A stretch of DNA of 64,000 bases from an uncultured Bacteroidales bacterium. GTDB taxonomy: Bacteria > Bacteroidota > Bacteroidia > Bacteroidales > CAYVNP01. A program made the translations under genes and the position numbers. Location: assembly GCA_964452905.1 (NCBI GenBank), contig CAYVNP010000013.1, positions 7,374 through 71,373 on the forward strand. The letters run 5' to 3'. Below the pieces are notes generated by a model, which was given only the letters and a program-made list of their open reading frames with translations, searched no databases and was not told where the DNA came from. Each line of letters starts with the position of its first letter. Position 1 is the stretch's first letter. This document shows positions 58,297 to 64,000 of this stretch, one piece after another.

Positions 58297-60183
58297 CTAA
58301 TCCAATAAAGTCAGTTTTTTTGTATATGTTTTCTTCGTTTTACTATTTTCCAGAGAGCAGATATAAACACCTGAACGTAATTTATTTCCATTTTGATCAT
58401 CACCATACCATTGGATTTGATTGAAATTATTCACTCTAACTATCTTTACTAACTTACCGTTTAAATTAAAAACTCTGAAAACTACATCATCGGGACCATT
58501 ATTAAATTTAATGGTAGTACATATATTAAATGGATTAGGATATGCAATAAAAGTAAAATCAACATCATTTTTATTCAATCCAACAGGTGTAAATGAATTA
58601 ACATAAAGTAATTCGATGCCATCTCCTGTACCTAAATTCCTTGTATATTTTCTATCAGATGCATTATTCCAGTGTTCAAAGACACCCTGACTTGCAATTG
58701 GAGTACCATCTCCTTCAGGATCATAACTGATACCGGAAGGCCAGTAGGCAGAGCTGGCACACTGTTTTAAATAATCAGCAATTTCCGCCCTTAATGTAAC
58801 AGGATATTCACGCATGGATGTATCCACCAGATTTTCCTGAAAAAGAACATCAAAACAAACAGATTCAATAGCAACCGGATCCTGACTAATTAAAATAGAA
58901 TTCGGATAGTCGGTATTGAACGGTTCTGTTTGAAATTTATGTATGAACCCTTCCCATCCATCACCACCCCAGATGCCATCCACAAGATAGATCAGTGTTT
59001 TACCTCCAGTTTCTTTATGCCCCATGTAATCGACCAGATGACGATATTTTCCGGTACCCGGACTATTTATAAATAAATAATCATGCAACATTTTAGCACT
59101 TTGGCTTTCAGGTTTTCCGCCCAAAGGTAAATACGAACCCTGATGGTTTTTGGCAGCAATCGTAATTCCTCCATCCGCATGTGTTTTTAAACATGGCATA
59201 TTGATAAAATATTTGGCATCCAAATAATATTGAGGTAAAGTTGATTTTGCTTTTCCATTACTGAACTTAAGTACTTCCAATGAGCTGGGAACTGTCTTCG
59301 TTACACCTAATGAACCCGTTCCATCAACATAATTCACCGTAGGATAAATGGATGCACATATATCCTTGTATTCCTGACGAAACTGACGATACGGATCACC
59401 AAGGATAATATCTTTTGGATTTACACCGACATGCTCTATCAACTGTTTTAATAAAGCCAGAACCAGATGAGGAGTCGCATTCATCCTTTCTTCGGATGTA
59501 CTCACCTGATTCGTTAAATTTATTTTTACTACAATCTTTTCACCTTTTTTATACCCAACTTTTCCAAAACCGTGTGCACTATTAAAATAGCTAAAAATAT
59601 AATTCCAGGCAGTATCAATATTTTCTGTATTTGCATACTGCATGATTGCATATGAAAGGGTAAGATCAACTTGAGTCTGGTTAACATTTGTATTGCTGTA
59701 CCAGAAATTTTTACTGCCCGCAACCGGATTATACTTTTCATTCGTCATATCGGTGTTATGTGCCCAGACTACACGACCCGGATAAAGACCTAAAGCTTCA
59801 CCAACTGGTATGTTGGAAGCAACAGGAAATGAAATTCCTTTAATAGAGTGTTTCGTAGCAAAAGAAAATTTTGAATCATTGACTATAAATATCGCTCCAC
59901 AAATAACAAACAAAATCAGAAATGCAAAAGCAAAACGATAATGTGACCTCGCGAAATTTTTCTTAAACGTCCTGAATGCTGCAATACTGCCAAACAAACT
60001 GATTAAATATATGACCATGCCCGACATAAGCGGAGATGCAACTCTCATACAAGGATATGTTGCTCTGCTCGGTTTAGGGATGACCCTGAAAAGAAACCAT
60101 ACTGTTGATGCAATACCAATTAAGAAAAAATAAAATTTTGAATTTTTATAATTTTTAATGAACCTCAGTAATTTTAACAACAT
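58297..60183 (-). CDS. DUF362 domain-containing protein with N-terminal TM helices and a T9SS type-A CTD
   Basis: PKPSRATYPCMRVASP N-terminal motif between hydrophobic helices, DUF362 core NMPCLKTHADGGITIAAKNHQG, C-terminal AYPNPFNICTTIKF...GVYICSLEN...KKLTLLD. Confidence 0.75.
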   Translation of the reverse strand: MLLKLLRFIKNYKNSKFYFFLIGIASTVWFLFRVIPKPSRATYPCMRVASPLMSGMVIYLISLFGSIAAFRTFKKNFARSHYRFAFAFLILFVICGAIFIVNDSKFSFATKHSIKGISFPVASNIPVGEALGLYPGRVVWAHNTDMTNEKYNPVAGSKNFWYSNTNVNQTQVDLTLSYAIMQYANTENIDTAWNYIFSYFNSAHGFGKVGYKKGEKIVVKINLTNQVSTSEERMNATPHLVLALLKQLIEHVGVNPKDIILGDPYRQFRQEYKDICASIYPTVNYVDGTGSLGVTKTVPSSLEVLKFSNGKAKSTLPQYYLDAKYFINMPCLKTHADGGITIAAKNHQGSYLPLGGKPESQSAKMLHDYLFINSPGTGKYRHLVDYMGHKETGGKTLIYLVDGIWGGDGWEGFIHKFQTEPFNTDYPNSILISQDPVAIESVCFDVLFQENLVDTSMREYPVTLRAEIADYLKQCASSAYWPSGISYDPEGDGTPIASQGVFEHWNNASDRKYTRNLGTGDGIELLYVNSFTPVGLNKNDVDFTFIAYPNPFNICTTIKFNNGPDDVVFRVFNLNGKLVKIVRVNNFNQIQWYGDDQNGNKLRSGVYICSLENSKTKKTYTKKLTLLD

Positions 60184-60331
60184 CGTTTTTATAATTATAA
60201 TATAGACAAATTTAATTTTTTTCTGACACCAAAATTTTATTCAAAGATTTAATTTTTTCATGTCACTTAAATATCTGAAAAAATCAGAAAAAAAATGATT
60301 TTAAACCCTGAAAAAATTGAAAAATAAAGTA

Positions 60332-61036
60332 TTAGTCTTTAACACAACGGATAGAAAATCCATTGGTTTTATAACTAAAATTTTTTCCGATCTCATCGCT
60401 GTGATCAAAGAGATAACGGCACCAGGCACCATCAGGTTTATTCATCGTGGATGTCCACCAAAAACCATCCTCCCCTATGCCTCCAAATTTACCAAAACCG
60501 AATCGTGAACCACCGGGAAGTGCTGAAAAATTACTTTCATTGGTCACAAAGGATGAAGAAACATTCCAATGTTTAGTTCCTGACTCTTTCAATTTTGAAC
60601 CTACAAAAAAACCAAGATATTTGGCTAAATTTGTCCATTCAGCATCAGAAGGTACATGCCACCCTTTTGGACAAAGTTTACCTGACTGAACAGCAAACCA
60701 ATTATATAAAGCGCCATATATATTTTTATTGTTAACATCGTTTGCATACCAACAATAAGCGGGAGAAAAAAATGACATCCAAATACTATCGCTCGTTATC
60801 AATGAAATAGGAGTCCCATCATTTAATTTTGTTGTTCTTAAATTCTCTGCCATCCACCATTGATTACCAATTTTTATTGTTTTATAAACATTTCCATCAA
60901 TATCTGTAACTGAACCAATAGTTTGTTGATAAACTGATAAAACCGAATGATTATATGATGATCGTTTAAAACTTATTATACCCATTATTAAAGGAATCAT
61001 CATTAAAAAAATTAAAAAAGAATTATATCTTTTCAT
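60332..61036 (-). CDS. Fibrobacter succinogenes major paralogous (FISUMP) domain protein
   Basis: DIDGNVYKTIKIGNQWWMAENLRTTKLNDGTPI, YGALYNWFAV, LCPKGWHVPSDAEWTNL, ALPGGSR, FWWTST. This is the full FISUMP motif set. Confidence 0.88.
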   Translation of the reverse strand: MKRYNSFLIFLMMIPLIMGIISFKRSSYNHSVLSVYQQTIGSVTDIDGNVYKTIKIGNQWWMAENLRTTKLNDGTPISLITSDSIWMSFFSPAYCWYANDVNNKNIYGALYNWFAVQSGKLCPKGWHVPSDAEWTNLAKYLGFFVGSKLKESGTKHWNVSSSFVTNESNFSALPGGSRFGFGKFGGIGEDGFWWTSTMNKPDGAWCRYLFDHSDEIGKNFSYKTNGFSIRCVKD

Positions 61037-61327
61037 AGTAATTATTATTAATAAAAAACACGTATAAAATTATGAAAATTTAATATATAATAGGGAAAAA
61101 AGCAAATAAAAAAATATAATTGTAGAAATTTTTTGCAATTCAAAAACATAAAAATTTCTTAATTCGGACACCTTCATTATGAGATTTTTTTAGACTGATA
61201 ATACATATTTAAATTTATTAAATACAACCAAAAATAATTCAATTAGGTTATTGTTATTTTGACTATAATTTAGTATATTTGTATTATTGAAAATTATTAA
61301 TTTACTATATATTCAAATATTATAAAC

Positions 61328-63202
61328 ATGAGATTACATATTATATTTCCTATTTTCATTTTATTTTTCTCGGTTCATCTTTTACAAGCACAAACCCGCA
61401 CTTTAGTTTTCGTTAATAATATGTCCAAAGATATCTGGGTTGGAACGCAAGGGGCTCCCAATGCTGCTGTTCCTGCGAACGGAGGATTTGTTTTGCCTGC
61501 CAGAGGAGAATATACGCTTCAGCTACCCAATGGCTCTTCTTCCTTACGATTCTGGGGAAGAACAGGATGCAATCCACAAACAGGTAAATGTGAAACGGGT
61601 GATTGCACATCCGGTAAAGTTGAATGCAATGGGATGGGAGGTGTACCTCCGATAACACTTGTTGAAATGACATTGGGTGATCCAAAAGCGCAGAATGCTG
61701 ATTTCTATGACATCAGCTTGGTGGATGGATATAACCTGCCTATCCGGATTATTCCTGTTGTTGGTACCTTTACCCCACCGACTTCTGGAAATCCATTTGA
61801 TTGCGGGATTGCCGGCTGTACGTCTGATCTGAATAAAACATGTCCACTGGAACTACAGGTAAATAACAAAAACGGTGATACCATTGCATGTAAAAGCGGA
61901 TGTATGCGATTCAACACTGATCGGTTTTGTTGTCGCAATGCGTTTGGCACTCCGGATAAATGTCCTCCAACCGATTACTCCATGCTCTTCAAAGAAGCCT
62001 GTCCTGATGCTTACAGCTATGCCTATGATGATCTTTCAAGCACCTATGTTTGCTTCAATGCAACCTACAGAATTGAATTCGGTATTCTGGAAAGTACCGG
62101 AAAGCCAACTGCAAAAATCATTGCCTCTAAAGTGACAGGTACAGCTCCTTTAACCGTTAATTTTGATGCTTCGGGTTCATTTGATCCAAATGGTAAACCA
62201 TTAACCTATTTCTGGGATTTTCACGATAATTCCAATGGTACAGGCAAAAACATACAGCATACCTATACTCAAACCGGAAGTCATATTGCTTCACTTACTG
62301 TGAATAATGGTGTATCCAGCGATGTTGCATTTGTTAAAATAAATGTTGGTGCAACAAATCTGCTTCCATCCATTAACTGGAATTTACCTTTGGATGGAAG
62401 TGTTTATTCTCAAGGCAGTTCAATTACTTTTTCAGTTACCGCTGAAGATGAAAGTGGAATTTCATTGGTTGAATTCTTTGCGGATGGTCTTAAGATTGGC
62501 GATGATTCCACTTTTCCTTATTCATTTGTATGGTTGAGCCCGACAAATGGAAAACACATTTTAACTGCCCGTGCAACTGATAATTTAAATCACTCAGCAT
62601 CAACTGCTGAAATTACCGTTAACATTGGACAAAGTGAAGGGGGCGGTTGCACCTTAAATGATTTAACCGGAGATTTCAAAACCATTGTTTCGGGTGCTTT
62701 AAGCAATCCAACGATTACTTTTATTCCATTACGAACCGGTGTTGGTGAAACTACCTGTATACTATATTATTCATTAACCGGAGTGAGTCCATTTGGTGGA
62801 CACTTGGCAACACAAGGGCTCCCGTTTCAGATTAATGCATCGCTTGGGAATACTGTTTATTTCTATTATACTTATTCTGTTCCTGAAGGAGGTGAACGGA
62901 ATAATTCAGCTAACAAATTTCAGGTCAAGATTGGCGATTGCACATCAACTGGTATCAATTCAAATAAAAATAAGGATATAACAATAGATGTAAAACAAAC
63001 GGATAATAGTCTTTTTTTGGATTTCAAACAAAATCAAATTAATTTGCTTGAGATTTATAATTTAGTTGGACAAAAAATAATTAGCTCTGATCATATCGTC
63101 AACTCATTCCTGAACATTGATATTTCTATTTTAATTTCAGGATTTTATTACATCAAATTTTATGGTAGTACAAACCCGGCAATTCCATTTTATAAAAAAT
63201 AA
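61328..63202 (+). CDS. Thaumatin-like (PR-5 family) domain protein fused to PKD, an Ig-like domain, an unknown domain and a T9SS type-A CTD
   Basis: After the signal peptide comes TLVFVNN..KDIWVG...LRFWGRTGC. GKCETGDCTSGKVEC is a near-exact thaumatin signature. Then FYDISLVDGYNLP, TDRFCCRNAFGTPDKCPPTDYSMLFKEACPDAYSYAYDD..STYVC (14 Cys in the family pattern). PKD segment is GTAPLTVNFDASGSFDPNGKPLTYFWDF. C-terminus is LEIYNLVGQKI...GFYYIKF. Confidence 0.85.
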   Translation: MRLHIIFPIFILFFSVHLLQAQTRTLVFVNNMSKDIWVGTQGAPNAAVPANGGFVLPARGEYTLQLPNGSSSLRFWGRTGCNPQTGKCETGDCTSGKVECNGMGGVPPITLVEMTLGDPKAQNADFYDISLVDGYNLPIRIIPVVGTFTPPTSGNPFDCGIAGCTSDLNKTCPLELQVNNKNGDTIACKSGCMRFNTDRFCCRNAFGTPDKCPPTDYSMLFKEACPDAYSYAYDDLSSTYVCFNATYRIEFGILESTGKPTAKIIASKVTGTAPLTVNFDASGSFDPNGKPLTYFWDFHDNSNGTGKNIQHTYTQTGSHIASLTVNNGVSSDVAFVKINVGATNLLPSINWNLPLDGSVYSQGSSITFSVTAEDESGISLVEFFADGLKIGDDSTFPYSFVWLSPTNGKHILTARATDNLNHSASTAEITVNIGQSEGGGCTLNDLTGDFKTIVSGALSNPTITFIPLRTGVGETTCILYYSLTGVSPFGGHLATQGLPFQINASLGNTVYFYYTYSVPEGGERNNSANKFQVKIGDCTSTGINSNKNKDITIDVKQTDNSLFLDFKQNQINLLEIYNLVGQKIISSDHIVNSFLNIDISILISGFYYIKFYGSTNPAIPFYKK

Positions 63203-63310
63203 ATATATTTAAATCAATCAAATATGTTTGTTGGTTAAACTAAATTCAAATTGCAGCAAAAAAACAGACTCTAGAATCCTGCTAAATAAAATGCAGTAAC
63301 AAACTGTTTG

Positions 63311-63901
63311 TTATTCCGATTCTGTTTTGACCTTCTTGCCTTTTTTTTGAGGATACGTTCCGGGTAAAATAACATCAATCAGTTTCTTTCCCCATAAACC
63401 TAATTGCACCCCTAAGCCAAGACAGACAATACCTAACACGATCGTCCATGTTTTATAATCTTCACGGGGAGCAATGAAAAAAAGAATAATGGAAAAAAGA
63501 ATAATTGCAATACCTGCAATAATTTTAACATTTAATAAAGGCGTTTTCAATGTTTTAAAACGTGTCAGCCCGTCAACAATACCCGTTAAAAAAGCAAGTA
63601 TCAAAGTAAATGGGAATGTGGCTACAGCAAAAATCAAGACGGCTTTAAGCGTATCATGAAAAAAAGTATCAAAAATATTTACGACCAAAGCAAGAGCGGG
63701 TATTGTAATTACCAAAGCTTGTGAAAGATGAATGGCGATTGGATGTAAATCAAGATTTAAGACAAACAGTCTGTTTAATGAAACTCTTTCACGATAAGGT
63801 TCAAAAACCTTTCTGGGTAGTCCGCAGGCGGGACACACATCGCCTAACTTATCTGCTTCCATTACAAATCCGCAAGGTCGACAACGAACAAGTTCTTTCA
63901 T
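63311..63901 (-). CDS. Rubredoxin-like zinc-ribbon / DUF2231-type membrane protein
   Basis: N-terminal CRPCGFV...DVCPACG four-Cys knuckle followed by four TM helices. Confidence 0.7.
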   Translation of the reverse strand: MKELVRCRPCGFVMEADKLGDVCPACGLPRKVFEPYRERVSLNRLFVLNLDLHPIAIHLSQALVITIPALALVVNIFDTFFHDTLKAVLIFAVATFPFTLILAFLTGIVDGLTRFKTLKTPLLNVKIIAGIAIILFSIILFFIAPREDYKTWTIVLGIVCLGLGVQLGLWGKKLIDVILPGTYPQKKGKKVKTESE

Positions 63902-64000
63902 AAAAATGATTATTTAATCTTTAATTATTACAAAGAAAAGAAAAATAAAAAAGAATTACAAAACAAACTTCATTCGTTTTCCTGATAAAAGCATCTAAAA

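Noticed and set aside
63274-63282. 9-mer GAATCCTGC identical to the tRNA-Lys T-arm, located just after the thaumatin gene. It could mark the far end (attR) of an 11-kb island starting at the tRNA.
   Set aside because: A 9-nt match is expected by chance about once in a window of this size on two strands. The match does not extend into the acceptor arm, and no integrase is present. The idea is kept only as a weak hint.

Overview
AT-rich (roughly one-third G+C by eye) chromosomal segment from a Bacteroidota bacterium. The phylum call rests on a PorP/SprF gene, one T9SS type-B and seven type-A C-terminal sorting domains, a TAnnTTTG-type promoter box and a TPR-LytS/LytTR two-component system. Housekeeping genes are dnaE, trxA, pfkA, aspS, lpxK, purine nucleoside phosphorylase, a THUMP methyltransferase, Nif3 with its zinc-ribbon partner, and tRNA-Lys(CUU). 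They are interspersed with accessory blocks. (1) 0-5.4 kb holds a type-B T9SS adhesin, PorP/SprF and a truncated third gene. (2) 11.3-17.5 kb is an RND efflux operon headed by a small unknown protein, followed by small membrane-homeostasis genes (TerC, YqaA, Zn-peptidase). (3) 21.4-34.2 kb has an outer-membrane barrel and a TPR-sensor/LytTR system lying divergent to three tandem T9SS-sorted paralogs built from about 205-aa Cys-containing modules. This block includes a perfect 1,599-bp tandem duplication that creates a chimeric middle gene, plus a decayed relic ORF. (4) 43.0-47.8 kb encodes a secreted phage-tail-fibre-like protein with a C-terminal endosialidase-chaperone (S74) domain, co-transcribed with a T9SS-sorted partner and with no prophage around it. 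(5) 51.9-63.2 kb lies downstream of tRNA-Lys, whose 3' end is repeated 139 bp further on. It carries a frameshifted B12-radical-SAM gene, an AraC/HMA regulator and a run of secreted glycan-targeting proteins (GH9, DUF362-CTD, FISUMP, and a bacterial thaumatin-like protein fused to PKD and T9SS-CTD). I found no CRISPR array, rRNA, transposase, integrase or recognisable defence system. The best candidates for something undescribed are the modular paralog array with its sensor, the cellular tail-fibre pair, and the thaumatin fusion. All function calls come from motif recognition by eye, not from searches.
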